64,000 nucleotides of DNA, from the IMG/VR virus record IMGVR_UViG_3300033121_001938, positions 902 to 64,901 of that record; one strand, 5' to 3'. The notes beneath the pieces were generated by a model, which was not told the origin of the DNA, made no database searches, and was given only the letters and a program-made list of their open reading frames with translations. Made by a program: the position numbers and the translations under genes. Positions 1 to 9,428 of this stretch are shown here, piece by piece (position 1 is the stretch's first letter; every line of letters begins with the position of its first letter). Source of the stretch: a virus. Taxonomy: Duplodnaviria > Caudoviricetes.

Positions 1-330
1 ACAATAAAACCAAATTAAATTATCATCTAATAAATCATATGTTTCCTTCCAATCATTTTGGTAATTATTCCTTTTCCATCTTAAAATAACCTTAAACTTT
101 TTAAATTCTTCCTCTATAAAATTCTGTAATTCGTCTCTTCTATCCTTATATATATCATCTAAATCAATATAAAGTATTACTTTACTCCAATTATGAGCAA
201 CAGCTAAACTAGCTAATGAATATTTAAAGATATCAAAATTAGAAAATGACTTGAGATTTCCTCTATCTACTTTTCCTTTACCTATAGAGGGAGGAGTTTC
301 TGTAATAAAAGTATTACATAATAAAATCAT
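1..330 (-). CDS. 5' part of a gene running off the window edge; probable glycosyltransferase-like protein
   Basis: Not in ORF track. Manual translation from ATG at 330 is open to position 1 (MILLCNTFITETPPSIGKG...DDNLIWFYC). It overlaps the stop of the HAD gene and lies in the sugar cluster. Confidence 0.55.
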   Translation of the reverse strand, partial: MILLCNTFITETPPSIGKGKVDRGNLKSFSNFDIFKYSLASLAVAHNWSKVILYIDLDDIYKDRRDELQNFIEEEFKKFKVILRWKRNNYQNDWKETYDLLDDNLIWFYC

Positions 331-779
331 ACATTAATATCTTTAATTCCTTTATTTCTTGGTACGTTTATAGCAAATGCAGTTTCAGTACCATCTGGTT
401 TCATATCATTGATTAATACTCTTGATCCTCCCCCAACACCCATAATAAGTTGGTCATAAAATATTCCATAATTAGAGAGTTGGATTTCAGTTGCTTTTCT
501 CATTGATTCTCTTCTTCCTGTCATAAGAATAATACGATATCCTTTTTTATCCCATTCTTCAAATTTTTCTACAACACCAGGCAATAATCTTAATACTGAC
601 ATATCTCTGGTGTTTGATCTTAAAGGACTATGTTCAAAAATGATACCATCAATATCAATGATAATTGTTTTAGGTCTATTATCTATTGTTACTATTCCTG
701 GAAATGTCATAGGAAATTCAGATTTTGGTAAAGGCATTCTATTATCCATTATATTATCCATTATATTGGTAGAGCTCAT
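327..779 (-). CDS. HAD-superfamily phosphatase (capsule-biosynthesis/PNKP-type)
   Basis: IIIDIDG motif I, LMTGRR motif II, YDQLIMG and INDMKP; true start probably a later Met. Confidence 0.8.
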   Translation of the reverse strand: MSSTNIMDNIMDNRMPLPKSEFPMTFPGIVTIDNRPKTIIIDIDGIIFEHSPLRSNTRDMSVLRLLPGVVEKFEEWDKKGYRIILMTGRRESMRKATEIQLSNYGIFYDQLIMGVGGGSRVLINDMKPDGTETAFAINVPRNKGIKDINV

Positions 780-1755
780 ATAATTTATTTTTTATATTTT
801 GTTTTATTATGTCGTCTATTTGATACTTTTCTTTTATATATTCAAATTCTGGAGTTGAAAACATATAATGTCCACAAATTTTAATTAATTCTTCTTTATT
901 ATTATTTGGGACGAAATCTTTATTTACCCATTTTTTCCATTTTTTAGAATCAAAACAAATTTGGTAAAAATAATCCATAGTACCAAAATCCCAATTCTTT
1001 GTTATAGTATCAATATATGTACTTGTTTCTATAACTCCAAATTCAGGAGCAATATTAATTGCATCTAATCCTAATTCAAATTTTTCTTTAATTATAGAAT
1101 ATTCTTGATAATCTCCATTATGTTCTTTAGTAAATAGATTAAATAGTTTAGCTGTACCAATCATTGCCTTTAATCTTTCACTATCATATTTACCTGTTTG
1201 GGTTGTTGATTGTAATGAAGTACCACATTGAATTACTAAATATTTGATCCTTTGAAATTTCCATTCTTCTAAATTTCCCTTTAAATAATATATAAAAGAA
1301 TATAATTCAGATGTTGAAAATTTTCTTATTGCTTCCTCAGTTCCTATTTCAATCATTAATTGAGGATTTTTTTCAAGACAAAAATTTATCATTTCTTTTG
1401 TTTCATTAATCCCCTCATTAAAATCAAAAAATTTTTTCCAAGGATCGATATGGATAATATCCATATATTTACAATCTTCTTCTAATGAATTATAACCTAA
1501 ATCTTCAATTAATCCTTGATTTGGACCAGCATGATCTCTTTCTAATAAAATATTAGTATTAAATATAACTGATTTTGGATTTAGATAATTATAAAATTGT
1601 TCTGTAGTCCAATTATTTACATAACCTCCATTATATTCTATTTGACGACGAGAAGGAATAAATCCTATTATATTCCCGGTTTCGTTAATAAATTCTATAG
1701 TAGCATCTACTATATTTTTAGACATTGGACCTATATAAAACTTAGGCATTTGCAT
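754..1755 (-). CDS. GatZ/KbaZ-like (tagatose-bisphosphate aldolase subunit / sugar epimerase) TIM-barrel protein
   Basis: RDHAGP, IHIDPWK, EIGTEE, VIQCGT, KEHNGDY and INIAPEFG motifs resemble the GatZ/KbaZ family. Confidence 0.65.
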   Translation of the reverse strand: MQMPKFYIGPMSKNIVDATIEFINETGNIIGFIPSRRQIEYNGGYVNNWTTEQFYNYLNPKSVIFNTNILLERDHAGPNQGLIEDLGYNSLEEDCKYMDIIHIDPWKKFFDFNEGINETKEMINFCLEKNPQLMIEIGTEEAIRKFSTSELYSFIYYLKGNLEEWKFQRIKYLVIQCGTSLQSTTQTGKYDSERLKAMIGTAKLFNLFTKEHNGDYQEYSIIKEKFELGLDAINIAPEFGVIETSTYIDTITKNWDFGTMDYFYQICFDSKKWKKWVNKDFVPNNNKEELIKICGHYMFSTPEFEYIKEKYQIDDIIKQNIKNKLYELYQYNG

Positions 1756-2398
1756 ATTTCATGTATATTTTATATTGTTCTATTGCTTGTAATCTTGCTA
1801 TTTTTTTCCCATTTTCAGTAAATGGTCTTCCATCTATTAATATAGCTTTATCTATATCATTATTAATTTCTACTTCTTCAGGGGTAGCATTAAATATAAC
1901 ACCTTCAATATTAGGTATTTTATACCATTCTTTTCTAGTAATTACTTGATAAGGAATATCTAAACAATAAAAAGCATATTGAACTGCTTTACTAAACCCA
2001 CCATCACCTAGTATTGTTATTTTTCTAGATTTGTTATACCATCCTGTCCACCAATATGTTTTAAAAAAATTATATACACCTAACCAATCAGTATTATGCG
2101 CTACGAAACATCCATCGATATTAACAATTGTGTTAGCTGCTCCAATTAAATTAACAGGAGTTTCTATTCCTTCAACGCATTTTAAAACGTCTTTTTTAAA
2201 TGGAGCGGAGACTGCGAATCCACTGAAGCCTAAGTTTCTAGCGGCCTCTACTGATTTTTTAATGTCATTTGAATAATAGGATTTATATATTGCATTTATA
2301 CCATCCTTTTCAAATTGTTCATTAAAGAAAATACACCCATTATTTCCTGGCTCTAATGAGAATGAACCATATAATTTTGTATCTTTATTTATTAACAT
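1742..2398 (-). CDS. Shikimate/quinate dehydrogenase-like oxidoreductase
   Basis: GFAVSAPFKK, AANTIV, HNTDWLG, ILGDGGFSKA and FNATP match AroE motifs; start moved to MLINKD at 2398 (track start 2452). Confidence 0.8.
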   Translation of the reverse strand: MLINKDTKLYGSFSLEPGNNGCIFFNEQFEKDGINAIYKSYYSNDIKKSVEAARNLGFSGFAVSAPFKKDVLKCVEGIETPVNLIGAANTIVNIDGCFVAHNTDWLGVYNFFKTYWWTGWYNKSRKITILGDGGFSKAVQYAFYCLDIPYQVITRKEWYKIPNIEGVIFNATPEEVEINNDIDKAILIDGRPFTENGKKIARLQAIEQYKIYMKYANA

Positions 2399-4289
2399 CT
2401 GAAAATAATTCAATTGCTTTAAACCATAATAATTTAGCAGATTTTTCATCATGGAGCGGGGCCATGTTTACAAATATTAATGCTGTAATTAGTTTTATTT
2501 TATTTAAATTAAAACCTTGTTTGATAATCCAATTTTCATATTCTTTTCTAAAATCATCTAAATAACCCTGTAATGCATTTAATTTATATACTATATTAGT
2601 TGAACCTTCATTTAATGATATATAATGTTTATTTTTCATTAAATGATAATTTATAATACTTCCTCCATATAATTTGGCTAAATCGTAATATAAATCTCCT
2701 GCTGCTGTTTCTCCTCCAAATGATTCTCTCCAATCTATATAAACAAATTTATTTTCTTGTTCATTATAAATAATATTATCAAATTGAAGATCTCCATGGA
2801 AATGATTATAAAAATTACCACTAAATAACCGACTAATATCTAAATTTTGAAAAAAATATGCCATAGAAGGATATGATTTCCCATTTATATTGAATTTATT
2901 ATTATAATAATCTTTTCCAAATCTATCCCCGAATTTATTTAATCTTTCAGTAGTTTTATCTACATAAAAAGACTTATAAAGTTTTCTTAGTCCATATCCT
3001 TTTTCAGAATTATTTATTATTATTTCAAAATGTTTTAAAAATTTAGTATATATTTCTGGTGAATTTAATTCATAAAGAGTATTTCCAGGATACCAATCAT
3101 AACTAATAAAATTAGTTGTTGATTTGAAATTGGGAGGAATAAATGATTTTAATATTTCTGCTCTTTCTGATTTATTTTTAATATATTCATTATTAGGATT
3201 AAATTTAATAAATTTATTCTCTAAATAAGTAATTTCATCAGTTACTTTATATAATGATAATGGTTTATCATTAAAATATTCTTTAGCATTATTTAAATCA
3301 TCTAAATTACCTGTATCTAACCAACTTAATTCTTTAGCTTTAAATGAAGGGTATAAATTAAAATTTTCAAAAGCTTTTACTACTTCTCCACTAAAACCTA
3401 AATTTTCCCAAAATATTTCATAATCCCAAATTCCCGCTACACCAATAAAAGCATTATCATAACCTTTTTTATCTTTGTTTTTAAAACCAATAACGTTATT
3501 ACCATCATCTACCTTTACAGTGGAATATTTTTCTGGATAACTTGTTGGGTAAACTCCTAACCAATTACCGTCTAAATGAGGTACTTCATTTTTTAATATA
3601 CAATCAGCAGTAATTAAATAAAAAGGACGTTGTAAATATTCTTTACATTTCAATGTAGAATCTCCAGGCCCTCCAGTTTCATAATTTTCTATATTTACAA
3701 AAATAAAATTGTGTTCTGGATGTGTTAATTCAAGGTATTCTTTAAGTATATCTCCTTTGTAACCTAATGCTATTACAAATTCATAATATTTAGGAAATTT
3801 TTCTATAATATGAGAAATAATAGCTTTATTATTTATAGGTAACATAGCTTTGTTTATATTTTTAGTCAAGTTACCTAAACGACTTCCAACTCCCGCTGCT
3901 AATATTAATACAGCAGGAGTTTTATGTTCAGCTAATATTTTACCATCAGCTCTATGAAACTCATCATCTATTCTAAATACATCATCAACTTCAGGTGTTG
4001 ATACTTCTTGTAAAATAATATCAGTAATTGCTATTACTCTATGTTTTTTAGGAGGAGTTACATTAAAATAATCTCCAGCATTCATTATTTTCTTTTCTAT
4101 AATCCCTTCATCATTTTCTAACCATACTTCAGCTGTACCTTCTATTATATAATTAGTTTCTTTTTTGAATTGATGATATTGAAAGCTGGTCTTGTAACCA
4201 GCATTAATATAAATTCTTTTATAGCAATATTTATCGTTTAGTTCTAACCAAACTTCTTTACCCCAAGGTTTATGTACTATTTTATCCAT
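2385..4289 (-). CDS. Three-domain fusion: cupin + sugar nucleotidyltransferase + APH/choline-kinase-like domain
   Basis: N-term KPWGKE/SFQYH/KKHR/EVSTP cupin; middle LILAAGVGSRL...NKAML and WLDTG; C-term HGDLQFDNI, YIDWR and YYDLAKL. Confidence 0.85.
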   Translation of the reverse strand: MDKIVHKPWGKEVWLELNDKYCYKRIYINAGYKTSFQYHQFKKETNYIIEGTAEVWLENDEGIIEKKIMNAGDYFNVTPPKKHRVIAITDIILQEVSTPEVDDVFRIDDEFHRADGKILAEHKTPAVLILAAGVGSRLGNLTKNINKAMLPINNKAIISHIIEKFPKYYEFVIALGYKGDILKEYLELTHPEHNFIFVNIENYETGGPGDSTLKCKEYLQRPFYLITADCILKNEVPHLDGNWLGVYPTSYPEKYSTVKVDDGNNVIGFKNKDKKGYDNAFIGVAGIWDYEIFWENLGFSGEVVKAFENFNLYPSFKAKELSWLDTGNLDDLNNAKEYFNDKPLSLYKVTDEITYLENKFIKFNPNNEYIKNKSERAEILKSFIPPNFKSTTNFISYDWYPGNTLYELNSPEIYTKFLKHFEIIINNSEKGYGLRKLYKSFYVDKTTERLNKFGDRFGKDYYNNKFNINGKSYPSMAYFFQNLDISRLFSGNFYNHFHGDLQFDNIIYNEQENKFVYIDWRESFGGETAAGDLYYDLAKLYGGSIINYHLMKNKHYISLNEGSTNIVYKLNALQGYLDDFRKEYENWIIKQGFNLNKIKLITALIFVNMAPLHDEKSAKLLWFKAIELFSDVNK

Positions 4290-5274
4290 TTATTTCTTTA
4301 TTTACCCATGTATATAATTTATCCATTCCTTTAACCAAGGGTTGGGTAGGACTCCAACCAAGTACTTCCTTAATAAGAGTATTATCACTATTTCTTCCTC
4401 TTACTCCTTGTACACCTTCAACATTTTTTATACTCAAATTTTTACCTGATAATTTAATAACCATTTTAGCTAAATCATTTACAGTAATTAATTCATCTGA
4501 ACCAATATTAATTGGTTCTGTATAATTAGAAGCCATTAGTCTTCTAATTCCTTCTACAGCTTCATCAATATATAAAAATGATCTTGACGCTAAACCATCT
4601 CCCCATACTTCAATATGTTCACCTTCTTTTGCTAAAGCTACTTTTCTACAAATAGCAGCTGGCGCTTTTGCTCTTATACCATCAAAAAGAGTAAATTCAC
4701 CAAATACATTGTGAAATCTAGCTATTCTTACATCTAATCCAAAATTTCTTCTATATGCATCATAAAGTCTTTCACTGAATATTTTTTCAACTCCATAATC
4801 AGAATCAGGATTTGCTGGCCAAGCATCACTTTCTTTTAAAGCAACAGCATTGGAATCTTCTTGAATATTTTTAGGATATATACAAGCTGATGAAGAATAA
4901 AATACTTTTTTAACATTAAATTTTGTTGCAAAATTAGCTATATTTAAATTTATTATTCCTGAATTATGCATTATATTAGCATCATTTTCTCCAGAAGCAA
5001 GAAAACCCATACCCCCCATATCAGCAGCAAGTTGGATAACTTCATCAAACGAGTTTTCCTTATCATCTAAGGATTTTTGTTTTGGTGCAAACATTACTAA
5101 ACTTACAATTTTAGGATCTCTTAAATCGCCAATTATAAATTCATCACATTCTGTTTCAGAAAACTGATTTCTTTTTAAATCAACTCCACGTACCCAAAAT
5201 CCTTCTTGTTTTAATCTTTTTACTACATGTGTACCTATAAATCCACCTGCACCGCAAACTAAAGCTGTTTTCAT
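4282..5274 (-). CDS. GDP-mannose 3,5-epimerase-like NAD-dependent epimerase
   Basis: GAGGFIG, LAADMGGMGF, SSSACIYP, YGVEK, KAPAAICRK and GVRGRNSDN. Confidence 0.85.
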   Translation of the reverse strand: MKTALVCGAGGFIGTHVVKRLKQEGFWVRGVDLKRNQFSETECDEFIIGDLRDPKIVSLVMFAPKQKSLDDKENSFDEVIQLAADMGGMGFLASGENDANIMHNSGIINLNIANFATKFNVKKVFYSSSACIYPKNIQEDSNAVALKESDAWPANPDSDYGVEKIFSERLYDAYRRNFGLDVRIARFHNVFGEFTLFDGIRAKAPAAICRKVALAKEGEHIEVWGDGLASRSFLYIDEAVEGIRRLMASNYTEPINIGSDELITVNDLAKMVIKLSGKNLSIKNVEGVQGVRGRNSDNTLIKEVLGWSPTQPLVKGMDKLYTWVNKEING

Positions 5275-5708
5275 TATTTAATTAGTTTATTTATTGTTAA
5301 AAATTTTTTATGAACCGAAATAATATTATTAGGACATTTACTAAATACTTTACCTTTTAAAAATTTTTCTTCAATTCCTTCAATTAAAAATACTATACTA
5401 ATAGTATGTCTTTTGTTCCCTTGAATTTTTTCATTTAGAAATTCCATAAAACCCATTTCTTTTACTACTTCATATTTAAAAATATGATTATATTCTTCTT
5501 TAATTACCTCACCAACCAATATTCTATCAATTGTTTCTTCTATTGTCTCACCAAATTTTACTCCTCCTCCAGGTAAATGCCACTTTCCTTTATAAGGAGG
5601 AATATCTCTTCTTAATAATAAAACCCCATTATTTATTTTTATTATAAGATCAATACAGACTCTTGGTACTGTATTATATATTTTATCATATAATTTTTGA
5701 GGAATCAT
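5274..5708 (-). CDS. Nudix hydrolase (GDP-mannose mannosyl hydrolase-like)
   Basis: PRVCIDLII and WHLPGGGVKFGETIEETIDRIL, a variant Nudix box. Confidence 0.75.
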   Translation of the reverse strand: MIPQKLYDKIYNTVPRVCIDLIIKINNGVLLLRRDIPPYKGKWHLPGGGVKFGETIEETIDRILVGEVIKEEYNHIFKYEVVKEMGFMEFLNEKIQGNKRHTISIVFLIEGIEEKFLKGKVFSKCPNNIISVHKKFLTINKLIK

Positions 5709-5904
5709 TATTATTTGTTTCTGTTATTCTACCATACCATGTTTCTCTTTTATAAATTGCTTGGTTAAAAGCATCAAGACAATCTGTTAAATAATTTGCA
5801 AGAATATAGTCTGGTGTATTACTTGTATTTTCTCGAGAATGTTTATTAATTAAATTCTCTAATTCTTCTTCAAATGTTAATTTAGAGCCATCTTCTTGTA
5901 TCAT
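5686..5904 (-). CDS. hypothetical protein
   Basis: ORF tightly packed with neighbours. Confidence 0.6.
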   Translation of the reverse strand: MIQEDGSKLTFEEELENLINKHSRENTSNTPDYILANYLTDCLDAFNQAIYKRETWYGRITETNNNDSSKII

Positions 5905-6524
5905 AAAGTATTATAAAATTGATTTTGTCTTTCTTGTCTTTCTATTGTTTTAGGATGTAATAATTCATATCCTGCTGGTAATTCAACTGATGTTTTATAA
6001 CCTGTAATTTTTTCATGTACTCTATTTTGCCACATTATTTCTGGTTTATTTTTAATTATTCGATTTTGATAATCAGGATAATTAATATGACCGTATTCAT
6101 TTACATTCCATCCCCATTGTTGAATATGATTATCAGTTAAACCGTCTACCGTATTAATTCTTGGTACTGAAAATAATTCTACTTCTTGATTTAATTCTAA
6201 TATTTCAGGAAGTGATAATTCTAAATTAACAGACATAAATTCATCTGCATCTATGAAAAATATATAGTTTTTATTACAATTATTTTTTAAATTATTTTTA
6301 AAATTAGCAAAATGATTATCTAAAGTAAATTCTATTACTTTATAACCATGTCTTGTTTTTCCTATATATTTTTTAGCTACTGCTTTAACTTCAGGAGTTG
6401 AATTTGTATCTAATTGAACAACAATTTCATCCTCTTCTCTTATAATTCTATCTATCTGTTCTAAAAGAAATTCTAATTCATCATGTTCATTACATGCTGT
6501 TATTGCATAACTAATTGTTGTCAT
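5901..6524 (-). CDS. GT-A fold glycosyltransferase (family 2-like)
   Basis: ISYAITACNE, FFIDADE (DxD motif), PDYQNRI and VHEKI. Confidence 0.85.
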   Translation of the reverse strand: MTTISYAITACNEHDELEFLLEQIDRIIREEDEIVVQLDTNSTPEVKAVAKKYIGKTRHGYKVIEFTLDNHFANFKNNLKNNCNKNYIFFIDADEFMSVNLELSLPEILELNQEVELFSVPRINTVDGLTDNHIQQWGWNVNEYGHINYPDYQNRIIKNKPEIMWQNRVHEKITGYKTSVELPAGYELLHPKTIERQERQNQFYNTL

Positions 6525-6763
6525 AAAATTTATTTATATTAGGATGAGAATTAACCCAATTTTTTCTATATATTCTTTTATTAAATAAAAAAATTAATAA
6601 ATTAGAATGCCAATTTCCTAATGGAGAAAGAGGTGGTTCCAAATATATTTCAAATTTTAAAATTTTCATTTAACTATTCTTTTATAATATAAATACAGCA
6701 AGTCCAAATATTATCATTGCTGTTACAGCACCCACATAAAATCCAAAATAAGCTGCTTCTTTT

Positions 6764-7195
6764 TTAGTTTTTAACATAAAATTTTAACTTATTAGGATTA
6801 TTTAAATTATCAAAATAACCTATATAATCTAAAGCTTCCATAAAATCACGTTCACTAAATTCCTTTTTAGTAGTCATATCAGGTTTTCCATCTTTTGTTT
6901 TTACAGCTGACCATTTCCAATCTTCTGTTGTTTTACCTTCTGCAAATACCATTGATTTATCATCTAACATTACTGAAGTAGGATACCAATAATAACCTTT
7001 ATCATCAATAAACCTTAAATCTTTATATAATTCGGGTATTGTTATTTCTACTTCTTCTATATTAACTTTCTCTAAAGTAGAATTAGAAGTAAACCCACAT
7101 CCAAAACAAGTCCAAACAGTTAATTTACCATCTGATACTTCTGAACATGCATTTCCTCCACATTTTGGACAATCTATGAGTTTTTCGTTTATCAT
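6764..7195 (-). CDS. hypothetical protein with zinc-ribbon Cys pairs
   Basis: CPKC...CFGC. Confidence 0.6.
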   Translation of the reverse strand: MINEKLIDCPKCGGNACSEVSDGKLTVWTCFGCGFTSNSTLEKVNIEEVEITIPELYKDLRFIDDKGYYWYPTSVMLDDKSMVFAEGKTTEDWKWSAVKTKDGKPDMTTKKEFSERDFMEALDYIGYFDNLNNPNKLKFYVKN

Positions 7196-7200
7196 TTTTA

Positions 7201-7410
7201 TTAATTAGTTAAAGTATGAGGTACATTTTGGTTATATGTTACTATATGAGTTGTTGTTCTACCCATATTAGTACTATTACAATTTATAATAATTGAATGA
7301 TTTTTAACAGTTTCAATTTTTTCTTTTAAAATATCCCAATTTGGAGAATGTCCTTTAGGGATTGCTTCTAAAAATCCTCTAAGCCATATTAAAAAATCAT
7401 TTTGTGTCAT
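7201..7410 (-). CDS. hypothetical protein
   Basis: Likely start MTQNDFLIWLRGF at 7410 (track start 7443). Confidence 0.55.
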   Translation of the reverse strand: MTQNDFLIWLRGFLEAIPKGHSPNWDILKEKIETVKNHSIIINCNSTNMGRTTTHIVTYNQNVPHTLTN

Positions 7411-8083
7411 TTTGTTTGTTTTTATATTCCCAAATAAAACCAAAAGCTGTTTTTTGCTTTTTTAAACAAACAGTAATAATATCTGTTTGCCTATTTGGTT
7501 TACCTATACTAATACAAGCTTTGGTAGCACTATCAAATTCATTAATTTTATTCATATCTAAATCATATTGAATTATTGAGCGTGATCTTTTTCCTTTATT
7601 AGCTTCAGATTTTTTTAATTTTGTTATTTTATTATCTTTTTTTCTATTTTTATTAGGAATATATAAACCTTTATTTTCTAAATAATTTTTAACTGTATTA
7701 TATGTTAAATCTAATTTTTTACATATATTATATATTCCATTAGTTTTATATAATTTTTCAATTTTACCCTTCGGTATAAGTTTTAATTTATAATTATTTC
7801 CAAATTTGTTCTTACTTATTTTTAATCTTGATTTTTTGCTTAGTTTAGTGGGTCCACCTCCTCCCTTATTTTTATTTTTTAATTTAAATCCTTTTGATTC
7901 ATATAAAGAAATATAATATTTTTCTCTAATTTTCCATTCACTACTTTTAACTAATTCTAATATTTTTATTTTAATATTATTTCCATATGTTTTTTTATGT
8001 TGACAATATCTTATATTAATATTATTACATTTACCTATGTAGAATGGTGTATTATTTTTTTCTAAAACATAAATTATTAACAT
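7397..8083 (-). mobile_element. Free-standing GIY-YIG homing endonuclease with C-terminal NUMOD1-like HTH
   Basis: IYVL...FYIG, RE..YI, NKNKGGGG, and C-term IIQYDL...EFDSAT...KQKTAFGFIW. Confidence 0.85.
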
Positions 8084-8113
8084 TTTTATTATTTACAATA
8101 AATATGTACAAAT

Positions 8114-8156
8114 TCAATTTTCTTTAGTTTCGGACTCAATTTTCTTTAGTTTCGGA
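8114..8156. repeat. 21-bp exact tandem direct repeat (22-bp period) at the 3' end of the GT gene
   Basis: TCAATTTTCTTTAGTTTCGGA at 8114-8134 and 8136-8156. Confidence 0.9.
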
Positions 8157-9427
8157 AGATCGATACGTTTAAGTTGTGGCAATTTAAGTTCAACTGGTTT
8201 TGGAACTTTTTCATCTAATACTTTCAATAATTTTTCTCCCATTTTTTCTAAGGTGAATTCAATACGAGAACGATAAGATTGTCTTTTAGCTCCATCTATA
8301 AATTTCTTATAATTACTATAAACATCTGACATTACAATAGAAGCCATTTTATAATCAACAGTAAACCAACCACTTTCAGCAAGTAACATATTAGGTACTA
8401 CTGATGTTGGGTGTAATTGAGTTATTTGACCTGGTAAAAATATACACATTTCAGGTGATAAAAAATCTAAATGACCACTCCATCCAGAAACAATTATTGG
8501 TTTTTGACTAATAGAAGCTTCTAATAATGGTCTTCCAAATCCTTCTCCTTTAGTAAATGAAATATGTGCTTTTACTTTTGGATGATTATATAATTGATTT
8601 ATTTCTTCATCAGTTAATTCTCCATGTAATAAATAAATGTTTGGTAGATCTTTATCTCCTACCATTTTTCTTATTTGTTGTATTTTATTTAATACATCAT
8701 CTCTATCCATTATAGAATATGTACCTCCTGATGTTTTAAGAATTAATCCAACATTTTTACCTTTAAATGTTTCTAAAAATGTTTTAATTAACATCCCAAC
8801 ATCTTTCCTATCTTGTCCTATTTCACCTTGTAGCCAATGACCTACAAATAAAAAATTAAAATCCTCATTAATACTATTCAAAATATCATTCAAATCATTA
8901 TCTATTACAGATTCTAATTTTTTGTAAATATTATTATCAATTCCTTCAAATAATACTTCAATAGGTTTTTCTAATTTTATGTTATTAATTAATTGGTTTG
9001 TTTGTCTATCTCTTTCTTCAAATGTAGAATTTTCAAATACTTTTTTAGAATGTTCAGAAGAAACAAATGTTAAATCCATTCTGTTAACACCTTGTACCCA
9101 ACTTGCATCACATATTGTAGTTTCAATACCTGCTGTAATACCAATATTTAACTTTCCTACTTGTTGAAATTCATTTGGTACTGTAATTTGTATCCAGACA
9201 TCAGGTTGTTTTGGTAATTGAGGAATAGGTAGAATACAATCCATTATTTGTTTATGTTCAGGATTTTCTTGTTTTAGAAAACCGAATGGTGTAGCCCCCC
9301 ATCGTTGAGGGAGAATTTTAACATCATATTTTCCTGATTGAATAAGACATTTTACTATATCACGACTACGGGCTCCATACCCTGAAAAGGTATCAATTGG
9401 ACAACTTATTACTACTAATGGTTTCAT
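8114..9427 (-). CDS. GT-B fold glycosyltransferase (family 4-like)
   Basis: SGYGARSR, FLFVGHW...DRKD and KGEGFGRPLLEA. Confidence 0.85.
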   Translation of the reverse strand: MKPLVVISCPIDTFSGYGARSRDIVKCLIQSGKYDVKILPQRWGATPFGFLKQENPEHKQIMDCILPIPQLPKQPDVWIQITVPNEFQQVGKLNIGITAGIETTICDASWVQGVNRMDLTFVSSEHSKKVFENSTFEERDRQTNQLINNIKLEKPIEVLFEGIDNNIYKKLESVIDNDLNDILNSINEDFNFLFVGHWLQGEIGQDRKDVGMLIKTFLETFKGKNVGLILKTSGGTYSIMDRDDVLNKIQQIRKMVGDKDLPNIYLLHGELTDEEINQLYNHPKVKAHISFTKGEGFGRPLLEASISQKPIIVSGWSGHLDFLSPEMCIFLPGQITQLHPTSVVPNMLLAESGWFTVDYKMASIVMSDVYSNYKKFIDGAKRQSYRSRIEFTLEKMGEKLLKVLDEKVPKPVELKLPQLKRIDLPKLKKIESETKEN

Positions 9428-9428
9428 A

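Noticed and set aside
741-764. 12-bp tandem repeat (MDNI-MDN)
   Set aside because: Two AT-rich copies in a gene overlap; likely simple slippage with no evident function
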